This document shows positions 30,348-40,670 of a DNA stretch of 64,000 nucleotides, one piece after another; within the stretch, counting starts at the first letter, position 1, and the number at the start of each line of letters is the position of its first letter. The DNA is taken from NCBI GenBank assembly GCA_963848135.1, contig CAWKCK010000005.1, positions 372,001-436,000 of the forward strand, written 5' to 3'. The notes under the pieces were generated by a model, which did no database searches, was not told where the DNA came from, and was given only the letters and a program-made list of their open reading frames with translations. A program made the position numbers and the translations under genes. Source of the DNA: an uncultured delta proteobacterium (lineage in GTDB: Bacteria; Desulfobacterota; Desulfobacteria; Desulfobacterales; SG8-13).

Positions 30348-30863
30348 TTATAGGTAGATAAGGCTTGTATCCAACCAGCCGTATGTTTCCACATCCATGA
30401 TTTCCCCGGCAACCGTCAAGTGTTCGGTTTTGATATAGGTACCATTGATTTTTTTATAAAATCGCCGGTAAGGATTGAGTTTGAGGACCCGCACCAGCAT
30501 GGAATATATGCTATTTTGGTTGAACTGCGTTGCCAATGCAGAAACAAGTTTTCCACCGAAACCCTGCCGCTGAAAATTTTTCAGGACATAAAGGGTGTAG
30601 ATCTCACCACTGTAAATATCGTTTCCATTCCTTTCGTTACCGCCCGTAATAAAGCCGACAACCCTGTCGGCGTCTTCGGCCACGAAACTGATAACCTTCT
30701 TGCTATTGATTTCATTCAAAAACTCCTGTTCATGCTGGGATTCCGACATATCGAATAGAAAACCAAACGGAATCACACTCAGATAGGTATCCCGCCAGGA
30801 TTGCACGTAGATACGAGACATGGAATTTGCATCAGTTCTTTGAGAAGGCCGGATCACCATCAA
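30348..30863 (-). CDS. GNAT family N-acetyltransferase
   Basis: V.SWRDTY, GEIYTLYV...QRQGFG..L, N...RFY.K..G. Confidence 0.88.
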   Translation of the reverse strand: MMVIRPSQRTDANSMSRIYVQSWRDTYLSVIPFGFLFDMSESQHEQEFLNEINSKKVISFVAEDADRVVGFITGGNERNGNDIYSGEIYTLYVLKNFQRQGFGGKLVSALATQFNQNSIYSMLVRVLKLNPYRRFYKKINGTYIKTEHLTVAGEIMDVETYGWLDTSLIYL

Positions 30864-31078
30864 TGTTCACCCTCAATTTTAGTGAATATACTAATGCGTC
30901 TATAGAACCGGGTCAAAGTCCGCGGAGTTCGCCTGCCCGGAATAAAAAGCATATCCCCGTCCGGCCATAACAACCTGCTCTTGCCGGATCCTCTTCCAAT
31001 TTTATGCAATTCGTTGTAAACGATATGCAATGAAAGCATCCCGCATTAAGTTGCATCACTGTTGAGCAGGAGACCGTT

Positions 31079-31942
31079 TTGAAAAATATTCTCGCGATCA
31101 TCGGATCACCCCGAAAGCTCGGCAACTGCGAAATCATGGCCAAGGAGATCAGCCGCCGTATCTCAGAACCCCACGACCTGAGACTCCTGCGCCTGCCCGA
31201 ATACGACATCCAATCTTGCACTGGCTGCTACACATGCCTGTTTAAAAACGAATGCATCATCGATGACGATTTTCAATCGGTCGCGCAGGCCATCGTCGAA
31301 GCCGACGCACTGATCGTTGCCGTACCCACCTACTTCCTTGGACCCAATGCCTGCCTGAAGCGATTCATCGACCGGGGTATTGCCCTGTATCCATACATAG
31401 AGAAGATGTGGGGGAAACCGGCGGTTGCAGCCGGAATTGCCGGAATTGAGGGCAAGGAAGGCTACACCATGCTGGGGCTGGAGAGCTTTCTGAAAATGCT
31501 CTTCGCGGATATTAAAATGCGGCGTATTGTCTACGGAGCGCTACCGGGTGAGGTTTTTTTCAATCAGCAGAATCGCGAAACGGCGGCAGACATGTCCCGG
31601 GCGCTTATCGGGGAACCTGAGACTGAAAAAACGCCCTGCTGCCCGGTGTGCGGCGGGCAAACCTTTCGCTTTAAGGAAGACGACCAGGTCAGGTGCATGC
31701 TGTGCAGTAACGCCGGTAAGATGGTTGTGGAAAACGGCCGCCCGGTATTCGAGATCGCCAGAAGCGAGCATGAATTCTTTTTAACCCTGGAAGACGCCCT
31801 GAAACACCGTGAATGGCTGGTGGGAATGAAATCGCGCTTCAAAGCGAACAAGGACCGCTTGAAAGAGATCTGCCTCGACTACCGCCAGTCAGGCCAGTGG
31901 CTGAAGCCGCCGGCACTGACGACGGATGACAACACGACCTAA
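31079..31942 (+). CDS. Flavodoxin-like iron-sulfur flavoprotein
   Basis: IIGSPRKLGN, CTGCYTC....C...DD, PTYF, KRFIDR; C-terminal CPVC...CMLC. Confidence 0.85.
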   Translation: MKNILAIIGSPRKLGNCEIMAKEISRRISEPHDLRLLRLPEYDIQSCTGCYTCLFKNECIIDDDFQSVAQAIVEADALIVAVPTYFLGPNACLKRFIDRGIALYPYIEKMWGKPAVAAGIAGIEGKEGYTMLGLESFLKMLFADIKMRRIVYGALPGEVFFNQQNRETAADMSRALIGEPETEKTPCCPVCGGQTFRFKEDDQVRCMLCSNAGKMVVENGRPVFEIARSEHEFFLTLEDALKHREWLVGMKSRFKANKDRLKEICLDYRQSGQWLKPPALTTDDNTT

Positions 31943-31967
31943 CCCGGATATTTCACGAGAATTCACA

Positions 31968-32306
31968 ATGAATGCAAATAACGAAAGTAAAATTGACATC
32001 GACGCCGGCATTGCCCTTCTGGAACAGCAGATAGAGTCGGCCCAGCACCTATTGGAATTCCGGCCTCTGAATAAAGAACTATATGCCGCCTGGAACGAGG
32101 AGACCCGAAGCTGTCTGACGAAAACTTACGGCCCCGGATCGCCAAACATCCGCAGCATCGAGTCAACCGTGGGCGCCACTCCCGTGTGGCTGGGTATGCC
32201 ACCGGAGGTGGCCGAAGCCTACCAGGCATCCCGCTTGGAAAGAACGGTGTCGATGTTGAAAAGCTGCATCGTTTCCTTGAAGCGAAAAGCCGGCAACCCG
32301 GCTTGA
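31968..32306 (+). CDS. Hypothetical helical protein
   Basis: 112 aa; GIALLEQQI...LL..RPL....Y..W...TR..L.K.YG..SPN pattern. Confidence 0.6.
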   Translation: MNANNESKIDIDAGIALLEQQIESAQHLLEFRPLNKELYAAWNEETRSCLTKTYGPGSPNIRSIESTVGATPVWLGMPPEVAEAYQASRLERTVSMLKSCIVSLKRKAGNPA

Positions 32307-32369
32307 GGATCGAAAGGGCGTCGGCACAATTCGTCTCCTGTCAAAATTTGCCGCCAACGTGGATACGTT

Positions 32370-33155
32370 CTACGCTGGAAGCCTCGGTAAGACGGTCTCC
32401 AAATCCTGTTTGAAGCTGATCATGGATAAATAGACGCAACACCCCGGGTATGATTCGTGGAGTGTTTTCAGGTTTCCGATGGGATCGTATGCGTCTGCTT
32501 TTTCGTCCTTGTCTTTACCAACGCTTTTGTAAAGCAGATCGATGTTCTTCGACATCCAGGCTTCGACGATGACTGCTATGTTAAAATCTTTCAGCCTGTC
32601 GACGTTTTCGTCTTGTCCGATGACCGGTTGGGTCACCACGAATTTTGCGCCGGCGTCTATTTTTTGCTGCATTCGGTTCAACTCGAACGGCATGGGTTTA
32701 TAAGGGTTGAAGGCCGCACCGGTCATGAATCGGCCTGGATACTCCCTGTTGATGTATCGGATCACGTCGGTGGAGGTCGCAACGCTCTTTTGCCCACCGA
32801 TGCCTTTCGGGTCAAGCGTGGGCAGCAGGGGGCCGCCGTCCCCTCTGACAACCAGAATGTACTTCAAGTTCACCTCCGCCGCTCTACGCAACAACCCGTC
32901 AAGCTCTTTTTGGGTGTGGAACGTGTTCAGATTCATCACGACCTTTTCAGGGTCGACCAAAAGGCCTCTTAAACCAAAACTTTCCAGTGCCCCCAACCTG
33001 GGTTGTCCCATCGGGTTGTCCGGAATGGATAGGCCGCACCCGGCGTCAATAATCCTCCGGTACCGCTCGGCAAATTGGTCCAGGAGACGATCCACTCGAT
33101 CGTCTGCCGATCTCTTCGGTGTAAGCAACTCGACAAGATAGGGATAATCAAACAT
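32370..33155 (-). CDS. Methylenetetrahydrofolate reductase family protein
   Basis: SIPDNPMG, ILVVRGD, GAAFNPY, R..QKIDAGAKFVVTQP; RBS AAGGAAGG. Confidence 0.8.
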   Translation of the reverse strand: MFDYPYLVELLTPKRSADDRVDRLLDQFAERYRRIIDAGCGLSIPDNPMGQPRLGALESFGLRGLLVDPEKVVMNLNTFHTQKELDGLLRRAAEVNLKYILVVRGDGGPLLPTLDPKGIGGQKSVATSTDVIRYINREYPGRFMTGAAFNPYKPMPFELNRMQQKIDAGAKFVVTQPVIGQDENVDRLKDFNIAVIVEAWMSKNIDLLYKSVGKDKDEKADAYDPIGNLKTLHESYPGCCVYLSMISFKQDLETVLPRLPA

Positions 33156-33336
33156 GACAAACCTTCCTTTATATTTCTTTTTCAATATAACTCAGAAGTT
33201 CTAACGTGTCAGCACCCTGCAAATCCCATGATGCGGAAAAGGACCATTTATGAACGGGGAGTTGGTGCCCTTCCATGGTTTTATAAGAAACCCTGAACAG
33301 TGTCCAATTCATAAATGAGATTTTTTTTGCTGAGCA

Positions 33337-34446
33337 CTAGTTAATCCGATGCCGGAACAGCCAGCCCGCGGCGGCCAGGTTGATGCAGCCGATAACCGCC
33401 ATGGGCCAGTATTGATGCAATAGTAAATGAAACGGTGTGTTTTCCAAAAACACACCCCGGATGACCACCATGAAATACCGCAGCGGATTGAGCAAGGTGA
33501 TTTTTTGCACCAATTCCGGCATGTTGGCAATCGGGGTGGTAAATCCGGAAAGGATGATGGCCGGCACCATGAACAGAAACGCACCCATCAGCCCCTGTTG
33601 CTGGGTAACTGCCAGGGAGGAAATCATCAGACCGATGCCAATGGCCGAGAGAATGAAGAGAAACAGGCCGGTGTAAAGCGTAATGACATGGCCGCGCAGG
33701 GGGACATCGAACCAGAAGACAGTAATCATGATAATGACGGTTGCCTCCACGGTCCCGATGATGAAGCCGGGCAAGGCTTTGCCAAGCAGGATTTCCACCG
33801 GCCGCAAAGGGGTCACCAACAACTGGTCGAACGTCCCCTGCTCCCGCTCCCGAGCCACGCTGAGAGCGGTTACCAAAAGGGTGACCACCAGCGTCAGTAA
33901 ACCGATAATACCGGGAACGATAAACCAGCGGCTCTCCAGATTGGCGTTGAACCAAGCCCGGATATCCAAATGGGCCGGGGGTGAAGCGCCACCGTGGCGT
34001 TGGATCCATTCCAGGTTATACCGGGTAACAATGGCCCTCACGTAGTTGAGGGCGATCATGGCGGTGTTCGAATTGCGACCGTCCACGATCACCTGAAGGG
34101 TGGCCTTGCTGCCGGTCAGCAGGTTACGGCTGAACTGCGGGCCGATGTGAACCACCAAGAGCGCCCCCCTGCGGTTGATCAGGGGGGCGATATCGGCATC
34201 ACGCCCCAGCTGCGCAACCTCCTGAAAGCTGGGTGACCCTTTAAAGCGGCTCAGTAGGTCACGGGCCGCGGCGCCCCGGTCTTCGTCATAAACGGCGTAA
34301 GGCACGCTGTTCAGGTCGTAGGTGGCGGCATAGCCGAATACCAGAAGCTGAACGATTGGCGGGATGACGATGGTGAAACGGCTCTTCTTGTCTTTCATCA
34401 GCGCCAGGAATTCTTTGCGCATCAAGGCGAGGATTCGCAGGAACAT
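33337..34446 (-). CDS. ABC-2 permease (YbhR-like)
   Basis: QLLVFGYAA, WFN.NLESRWFIVPG, AREREQGTFDQLLVTP, LSGF.TPI.NMP; RBS GGAGG before ATG 34446. Confidence 0.9.
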   Translation of the reverse strand: MFLRILALMRKEFLALMKDKKSRFTIVIPPIVQLLVFGYAATYDLNSVPYAVYDEDRGAAARDLLSRFKGSPSFQEVAQLGRDADIAPLINRRGALLVVHIGPQFSRNLLTGSKATLQVIVDGRNSNTAMIALNYVRAIVTRYNLEWIQRHGGASPPAHLDIRAWFNANLESRWFIVPGIIGLLTLVVTLLVTALSVAREREQGTFDQLLVTPLRPVEILLGKALPGFIIGTVEATVIIMITVFWFDVPLRGHVITLYTGLFLFILSAIGIGLMISSLAVTQQQGLMGAFLFMVPAIILSGFTTPIANMPELVQKITLLNPLRYFMVVIRGVFLENTPFHLLLHQYWPMAVIGCINLAAAGWLFRHRIN

Positions 34447-34456
34447 GGTACCTCCC

Positions 34457-34603
34457 AGAAGTGTTTTCAAAACCCTATCTGACACCCAATTGCGGTGTTG
34501 TGGTCCTCCTCAAAATACTCACATACGCCCATGTATGCTGCGTTTTTTCGTCGGCCCACGCCTTGCACCTGGGCATGTGATCTGAGGTTTTGAAATCACT
34601 TCT
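34457..34603. mobile_element. Palindromic MITE-like element inside the ABC operon
   Basis: IR AGAAGTGTTTTCAAAACC / GGTTTTGAAATCACTTCT (17/18); inner CCTCCTCAAAATACTCA and TGCGTTTTTTCGTCGG shared with MITE family A. Confidence 0.75.
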
Positions 34604-35777
34604 AATCAAGTCGCTTGCGTGACTTTTTACGGCTCAGACCGAGAAAAATCGCGGCAAACACCATCAATGCCAAAGCGTTTGGCAGAATTACCGACCAGAC
34701 GTTGCCGGCCAGAAATACCGTCTGAAGTATGGATACAAAATAGCGCGCGGCAATGAGGTGAGTGACGCCCTGGACCACCTTCGGCATGCTGCCGATGTCG
34801 AAGATGAAACCGGAGAGCAAAAAGGCCGGGAGAAAAGTGACGATGATGGCGGCCTGTCCGGCAACGAACTGGTTTTTGGCAGCACTAGAAATAAACAGCC
34901 CCATCCCCAGGGCGACCAGCAGGAACAGCGCCGCGGCTGCCGTCAGAACCCAGAGGGACCCGGTCAGCGGAACTTTGAAAAGCCAGACTGCCATTGCGAC
35001 CGAAAGCCCCATACCTCCCATCCCCATGATGAAGTACGGTACCAGCTTGCCCAGCAGGATCTCGTGCACGGCCACGGGGGTCACCATGAGGGCCTCCATG
35101 GTGCCGCGCTCCCACTCGCGGGCCACCACCAGCGCTGTCAACAGGGCCCCGATGAGGGTCATGATCACGGCGATAAGGCCGGGAACGAGAAAATTGCGGC
35201 TGCGCACGGCGCTGTTGAACCATATGCGCTGCTCGACCTGAACGGGCAGATCCAACGGGTTTCCAAGATTCAATGAGCGCTGCTCGATCCAGTTGAGCCA
35301 GGCACCCTCCACGTATCCGGACACCAGTCGGGCGGTGTTGGCATCGACACCGTTCAAAATAACCTGCACCGCCGCGCCGCCGGGCCGTTTTAGATCCCTT
35401 GCAAAATTAGCCCGCAAGTAAATGATGCCGTCCACACGATGCTGCATCAACGCCGCTTCGGCCGGCCTCATGCCCTGCATGACCACCGGGGCAAAGAAGT
35501 CGTTGTTCCTGAAAACCGCGAGGAAGCCTGCCGTATCGGCATCGGGCTTCTCGACGACGACGGCGATGGGCACGTGTTCTGCGTCGAGGGAGACACCATA
35601 GCCAAACAGCAGCAACAGGACCACCGGCATGAGGAAAGCAATTCCAATACTACTCGGATCCCGCACCACTTGCAAAAACTCTTTACGCACCAGACCACGC
35701 AACCGCATCATTCCACCCCCGCGGGCTTTTCCCAAAGTTGCGGTCCTATTACGGCCGTCGTCTCCCGAGGCTTTCAT
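34602..35777 (-). CDS. ABC-2 permease (YbhS-like)
   Basis: KEFLQVVRDPSS, LFGYGVSLD, FLVPGLIA, AREWERGTMEAL. Confidence 0.9.
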   Translation of the reverse strand: MKASGDDGRNRTATLGKARGGGMMRLRGLVRKEFLQVVRDPSSIGIAFLMPVVLLLLFGYGVSLDAEHVPIAVVVEKPDADTAGFLAVFRNNDFFAPVVMQGMRPAEAALMQHRVDGIIYLRANFARDLKRPGGAAVQVILNGVDANTARLVSGYVEGAWLNWIEQRSLNLGNPLDLPVQVEQRIWFNSAVRSRNFLVPGLIAVIMTLIGALLTALVVAREWERGTMEALMVTPVAVHEILLGKLVPYFIMGMGGMGLSVAMAVWLFKVPLTGSLWVLTAAAALFLLVALGMGLFISSAAKNQFVAGQAAIIVTFLPAFLLSGFIFDIGSMPKVVQGVTHLIAARYFVSILQTVFLAGNVWSVILPNALALMVFAAIFLGLSRKKSRKRLD

Positions 35778-37603
35778 GTCGATATCTCCGGTTGCGCCTG
35801 CCGTTCGATCAGTGCGATAAAAGCTTCTTCCATGGTTTGAACGGATTTCTCTTGCCCATCGGAGGCTTTTCGCTTGATTTCGATCGGGCTACCGATGGCA
35901 AGAATTTCCCCGGCGGCCATGATCGCCAACCGATCGCAGTATTCGGCTTCCTCCATGAAGTGGGTGGTCACCAGCACGGTGACCCCGGATGCAGCCAGAG
36001 AATTGATGTGACGCCAAAATTCCCGGCGCGCCATGGGATCCACCCCGGAGGTAGGCTCGTCCAGAAACAAGATTTCCGGTGCATGCATCAGGGCAGCAGC
36101 CAAAGCCAGCCGTTGCTTGAAACCGAGTGACAATTCCCCGCTGACAGCATCGGCCAATTCGGACAGTTCAAAGCGGTGTAGGACCCAGTCGATCCTGTCG
36201 CGGCGCCGGGCTCCGCTCAATCCGTAGGCGCTGCTGAAGAATTGCAGATTCTGACGAACGCTCAAATTGCCGTAAAGTGAAAATTTCTGTGACATGTAGC
36301 CGATACGGGCCCGGGCCTTGGCTGCCGCGCGCCGCAGATCACGCCCGGCCACGCTCAGCTGACCATCGCTGACCGGCAACAGACCGCAGAGCATACGGAA
36401 AGTCGTGGTCTTTCCGGCACCGTTGGCGCCCAGTAAACCAAACACCTCGCCCTGGAACACTTCGAAAGAAACCTTCTTGACGGCATAAAAGTCGCCGAAC
36501 CGGCGTTGGACATTATCGACCCTGATGACAGCTTCGTTCGCCACAAATGGCGACACCCGGGTATCCATTTCAGCAGAGTGTTTCCGGTCGACAGCCTCAT
36601 CGGTCCGTTCGGCCTGGAGCATGGCAACGTAACAGTCTTCGAACCGGGGAGGCACTGCCGTGAAATCGACATCCGGCACGCCCGGCAGCAGGAGTGCCGG
36701 GTCGGGCGCTTGCATGTCGGCCATCACCATGCGGACCGCGTCCCCCTGAATAACAGCATCTAAGACCCCTGCGGCATCTGCCAGTCGTTCCTGCAGTTCA
36801 CGCTTTTTCAGTCCGTCGACCGTCACCGTATACGTCCGGCCCTTTTGCTTCTCTCTGAAATCACCCGGCGGACCCTGGCCGAGAACCCGGCCTTCATGAA
36901 GGATCACCAATTCGTCGCAGCGCTCGGCTTCGTCCAGGTAAGCGGTACTCAGGAGCACGCTCATCCCTTCGGTTGCCACCAGCCGGTCGACGATGGACCA
37001 GAGTTCACGGCGCGATACCGGATCGACGCCGACCGTGGGTTCGTCCAGCAGCAGCAGTCGCGGTGGCCGCAACAACGTACAGGCCAAGCCGAGCTTCTGC
37101 TTCATTCCGCCGGACAGTCGCCCGGCCAACCGCTTGGTGAACGCACCGAGATTGGTCATCCGGGTAAGCTCTGCGTAACGTGCAGGGCGGTCGGCCTTGA
37201 TCAGGCCTTGCAGGTCCGCGTAAAGATCCAGATTTTCCTGAACGCTGAGATCTTCATAGAGCCCGAATCGTTGAGGCATATACCCGATACTGGCCTGCAC
37301 CTTCAGCGGATCGGCGATCGCATCGATATCGAGCACAGTGATAGCGCCGGCCACCGGTTTCAACAAACAGGCCGCCAGGCGCATCAGGGTCGTCTTGCCG
37401 GCACCGTCCGGGCCGATCAGGCCAGTGATACAACCTCGGGCGATGCGGACATGGACGTCTTGTAACGCCGGTATACGGCGTTTTCCCTGCATGAAAAACT
37501 TGGATACGCCTTTGAACTCCAGGGCCGGTCGCTCCGGGTCGTCCGCTGAAGCCGTTGGCCCGAATCCCTTATCGACGGCCGCCGGCATCATTCCTCCTTG
37601 CAC
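35774..37603 (-). CDS. Dual-domain ABC ATP-binding protein (YbhF-like)
   Basis: GPDGAGKTT, LSGGMKQKL, LDEPTVGVD; second NBD GANGAGKTT, LDEPTSGVD. Confidence 0.92.
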   Translation of the reverse strand: MQGGMMPAAVDKGFGPTASADDPERPALEFKGVSKFFMQGKRRIPALQDVHVRIARGCITGLIGPDGAGKTTLMRLAACLLKPVAGAITVLDIDAIADPLKVQASIGYMPQRFGLYEDLSVQENLDLYADLQGLIKADRPARYAELTRMTNLGAFTKRLAGRLSGGMKQKLGLACTLLRPPRLLLLDEPTVGVDPVSRRELWSIVDRLVATEGMSVLLSTAYLDEAERCDELVILHEGRVLGQGPPGDFREKQKGRTYTVTVDGLKKRELQERLADAAGVLDAVIQGDAVRMVMADMQAPDPALLLPGVPDVDFTAVPPRFEDCYVAMLQAERTDEAVDRKHSAEMDTRVSPFVANEAVIRVDNVQRRFGDFYAVKKVSFEVFQGEVFGLLGANGAGKTTTFRMLCGLLPVSDGQLSVAGRDLRRAAAKARARIGYMSQKFSLYGNLSVRQNLQFFSSAYGLSGARRRDRIDWVLHRFELSELADAVSGELSLGFKQRLALAAALMHAPEILFLDEPTSGVDPMARREFWRHINSLAASGVTVLVTTHFMEEAEYCDRLAIMAAGEILAIGSPIEIKRKASDGQEKSVQTMEEAFIALIERQAQPEIST

Positions 37604-38634
37604 GGGGGAATGCTCTCAGCACCAGCCGACGGGTGCGACTGATCCAAGGGAATGATAACAGTGGCAGGCATGCCGAGTCGAAGCTCGTTGCGGGGATTGC
37701 ACACGAATACGCGAACCTGATAGACCAGTCGTGTCCTCAACTCCGGGGTTTCCACCGTTTTGGGGGTAAACTCCGCCACGGGTGAAATATACCCAATCCA
37801 GGCCGGATAGGTTCTGTCCGCATAACTGTCGGTGACCACATGGGCGGTCATGCCCGGAAATAGGTTGCCCAGTTTCGTTTCCGGAACGTAGGTGCGGACC
37901 CAGACGGGGTCGATCAGAGCCAAGGTAAAAACGGCCTTCTGAGGGAAAGCCATATCGCCGGGCTCAAGAATGCGGTTCTGGATAACGCCGTTGGATGGTG
38001 CATACAGGGCGGCGTCTGCCAGTTTCTGCCCGGTCAGCGCCAACTCGGCCTCTATCGCCTTCAACTGCGACCGGGCCGCAGCTATGTCTTCTTTCCGGGG
38101 ACCAGCGAGGGCTAGTTCTAGACCCTGTACGGTCGCCTGCAACTGGGCCTGGGCGGCATCGGCCCTGGACCTGGCCTGATCGATCTGCTCCGGAGCGATC
38201 AGTTTCTTCTGCGCCAAGGGTCGCAGGCGCCGATACGTTCGTTCGAGATCATCGGCCCGGGTTCTGGCGGCCTCGACTTCGGCCCTTGCCCGGTTGATTT
38301 CCTCGACCCGGGTTCCGGCAGCCAACTTGGCGACCTCATCCCGCTGCGCAGCCACCCGTGCTTGGACGCGCTCCACATCGTGCTGGAGCCGAACGGTTTC
38401 CAAAACAGCCAGCAGCTGTCCCTTTTTGACTGCCTCGCCTTCCTTCACGACGATCTCGGCAACGCGTTCGCTGGCGTTAAAGGCCAGTTCGACCTGGCGG
38501 ATATCCACGTTGCCGTAGAGAACCAGTTCGTTCCTTTGTTCCTTTTGGTCTCGCAAAAGAATGAACCGAATGCTCGCACCCACCACTGCAAGAAGTAAAA
38601 AAAGAATCGCCAACCGTATCGCTATCTTCTTCAT
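37588..38634 (-). CDS. HlyD-family membrane fusion protein (YbhG-like)
   Basis: LYGNVDIRQV.LAF, ISPVAEFTPKTVETPELRT.LVY. Confidence 0.9.
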   Translation of the reverse strand: MKKIAIRLAILFLLLAVVGASIRFILLRDQKEQRNELVLYGNVDIRQVELAFNASERVAEIVVKEGEAVKKGQLLAVLETVRLQHDVERVQARVAAQRDEVAKLAAGTRVEEINRARAEVEAARTRADDLERTYRRLRPLAQKKLIAPEQIDQARSRADAAQAQLQATVQGLELALAGPRKEDIAAARSQLKAIEAELALTGQKLADAALYAPSNGVIQNRILEPGDMAFPQKAVFTLALIDPVWVRTYVPETKLGNLFPGMTAHVVTDSYADRTYPAWIGYISPVAEFTPKTVETPELRTRLVYQVRVFVCNPRNELRLGMPATVIIPLDQSHPSAGAESIPPCKEE

Positions 38635-38852
38635 CGAAATTCTGCCTGTCTGTCAGAAGGAAACAAAGTCCGAGCCTCAGCCCGTATATTTTGTCCGCCA
38701 AGTTCCATCCATTGAACACGTATTCGTCCCCGATTTTGACTTTGATTTCAACAAAATAATGCATTTGCATCTTAAATTTCGCAAGAATGATGGAACGGGT
38801 CGGTAAGGCTGCTGAAACCAAATTTTACAGAAATGACTTTACAGGATCTTAA

Positions 38853-38992
38853 CAGAGTGTTGAAAAACGTCATGAGCGCCGGCAAGACAAGGCAAAATCC
38901 GACGAAAAAGCGGCGTTTATGTGCGATAACTGAGCATTTTGAGGAGGATTTTAACGCCGTATTATCAAGCGCAATCGTTTTCCAACTGCCTG
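38853..38992 (-). mobile_element. MITE family A, copy 2 (140 bp, inverted)
   Basis: CAGAGTGTTGAAAAA...TTTTCCAACTGCCTG; TTAA on both sides. Confidence 0.85.
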
Positions 38993-39023
38993 TTAATGGA
39001 CGACTGAGCTTGACCAAATAGGG

Positions 39024-40574
39024 TTAGACGGTGTGGCTGCTATGTTTCTCCTGCGGTAACAGCAGGCAGAAGATCAGGCTGGCGACGGCAGCAACCAGGG
39101 TAGCCCAGAAGACGCGCAAGGATCCCTGCGCAACCGCTTGGTTCAGATGCAGAAGCACGTCGGAGGAAAGCTGGACTCTGATTTCAGGACGTAGAACGCT
39201 GTCAGCGTTGCGGAGGATTTGATCGATCAATGCCTCCGGGAGTTTGGCCGCATGACTGCCTAACAACGCGGATTGCAATTTCGCGGAAAACCCGGCGAGG
39301 AATAGGCTACCGCTGATCCCGATACCCACGGTCGCACCGAGGTTTCGAAAAAATTGATGCGAGGAAGTCGCCACGCCCAAATCGGACACATCGACGCTGT
39401 CCTGCACCACGAGTATAGTTGCCAGGGACACGAATCCCATGCCGACCCCGACCAGGGCGAAAACCCATAGACAGGTGCTGGTGGACGTCGCTGTCGAAAA
39501 TGTGAGCGTAAAGGTACAGCCGGCAACCAGGAAAACGGCGCCCACTGAAGCGCATGGTTTGCTCCCCCAGCGATGAACGAAACGGCCCAGGACCAGAGAG
39601 CCAATGGACCATCCGAGGCTCAGTGAGAGAATGGTTGTTCCGACCTCGACGGGGCTTTTCCCCAAGGCCCCCTGGATAAAGAGCGGAGCATATCCGAAAA
39701 AGGAGAATATGGCGAAGCTGCTCATGAAAACGGCCGCATTGCCGACACTGAAGCCACGCCGTTTGAAAAAGGGAAGGGGGAGTATCGGTTCTTTCGCACG
39801 CCGCTCGGCAGTGTAAAACAATAGACCAAACACCAATGTGACCACCCAGAGAATAATAATCCGGGGCGAGCTCCAGGCATGACTTCGACCGGCCAGCAGG
39901 AAAATGAAAAGCAGGCCCAGAATGGTGATCGTCAGGGTCAGGGCGCCGCTGTAATCGATGACCGCTTTTTTATTTTTTTCGCGGGTTTCGAGCAGATACA
40001 GGCTTACCCCGGCCAGTGACAGCATACCGAGGGGCACATTGATAAAAAAGATCCAAGGCCATGCCAGGTAGGCCACGATAAATCCGCCCATGGTCGGGCC
40101 CAAAACGCTCGCCAAGCCCCAGACGAAGCTTCCGAGCGAATACGTCTTCCCGCGCTCTTCGGGTGAGGAAATATCCGCCAGCACGATGTACACCAGGGCG
40201 AAATTGCCTCCGGCGCCGATTCCCTGGACGGCACGGCAGACGATAAGAAAGAGCATGCTTTTGGCGAAACCTGCCGCCAAGGATGCTAAAATGAATATTA
40301 GAATCGACACGACGTAGAGGGACTTCGTCCGGTAGATGTCGGCCAGCTTTCCGAAAATGGGCAGAGAAACCGTGCGCGCCAGGAGGTAGGCCGAATACAC
40401 CCAGCTGTAAAGATCGAGGCCGCCCAAGTCCTCTACAATGGTGGGCATGGCCGTCGACATCACCAACGCATCTAATGCCCCCAGAAAAAGCGCCAGTAGG
40501 GAAGCGGAAATAATGAGATTACGGCTTTTTGTCGGAATTGTTGCCTTAGAATGAGTTGACACGTCGGATTTCAA
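39024..40574 (-). CDS. MFS drug:H+ antiporter (DHA2, 14 TM)
   Basis: LD..VMSTAMPTI, WVYSAYLL, GKLADIY, RAVQGIGAG, WIFFINVP.G. Confidence 0.9.
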   Translation of the reverse strand: MKSDVSTHSKATIPTKSRNLIISASLLALFLGALDALVMSTAMPTIVEDLGGLDLYSWVYSAYLLARTVSLPIFGKLADIYRTKSLYVVSILIFILASLAAGFAKSMLFLIVCRAVQGIGAGGNFALVYIVLADISSPEERGKTYSLGSFVWGLASVLGPTMGGFIVAYLAWPWIFFINVPLGMLSLAGVSLYLLETREKNKKAVIDYSGALTLTITILGLLFIFLLAGRSHAWSSPRIIILWVVTLVFGLLFYTAERRAKEPILPLPFFKRRGFSVGNAAVFMSSFAIFSFFGYAPLFIQGALGKSPVEVGTTILSLSLGWSIGSLVLGRFVHRWGSKPCASVGAVFLVAGCTFTLTFSTATSTSTCLWVFALVGVGMGFVSLATILVVQDSVDVSDLGVATSSHQFFRNLGATVGIGISGSLFLAGFSAKLQSALLGSHAAKLPEALIDQILRNADSVLRPEIRVQLSSDVLLHLNQAVAQGSLRVFWATLVAAVASLIFCLLLPQEKHSSHTV

Positions 40575-40670
40575 TCCTTAAAAATGAACACTCCCCGTGG
40601 CCAATCAGCGCTGGGGATTGCAGATCGTTTCACAACCACCTAAAAACCCAATTATACGATTCATGGGGCC

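Noticed and set aside
34446..34485. ORF-track N-terminal extension of the permease (MSDRVLKTLLGGT)
   Set aside because: It reads out of the palindromic element; the ATG at 34446 has the RBS
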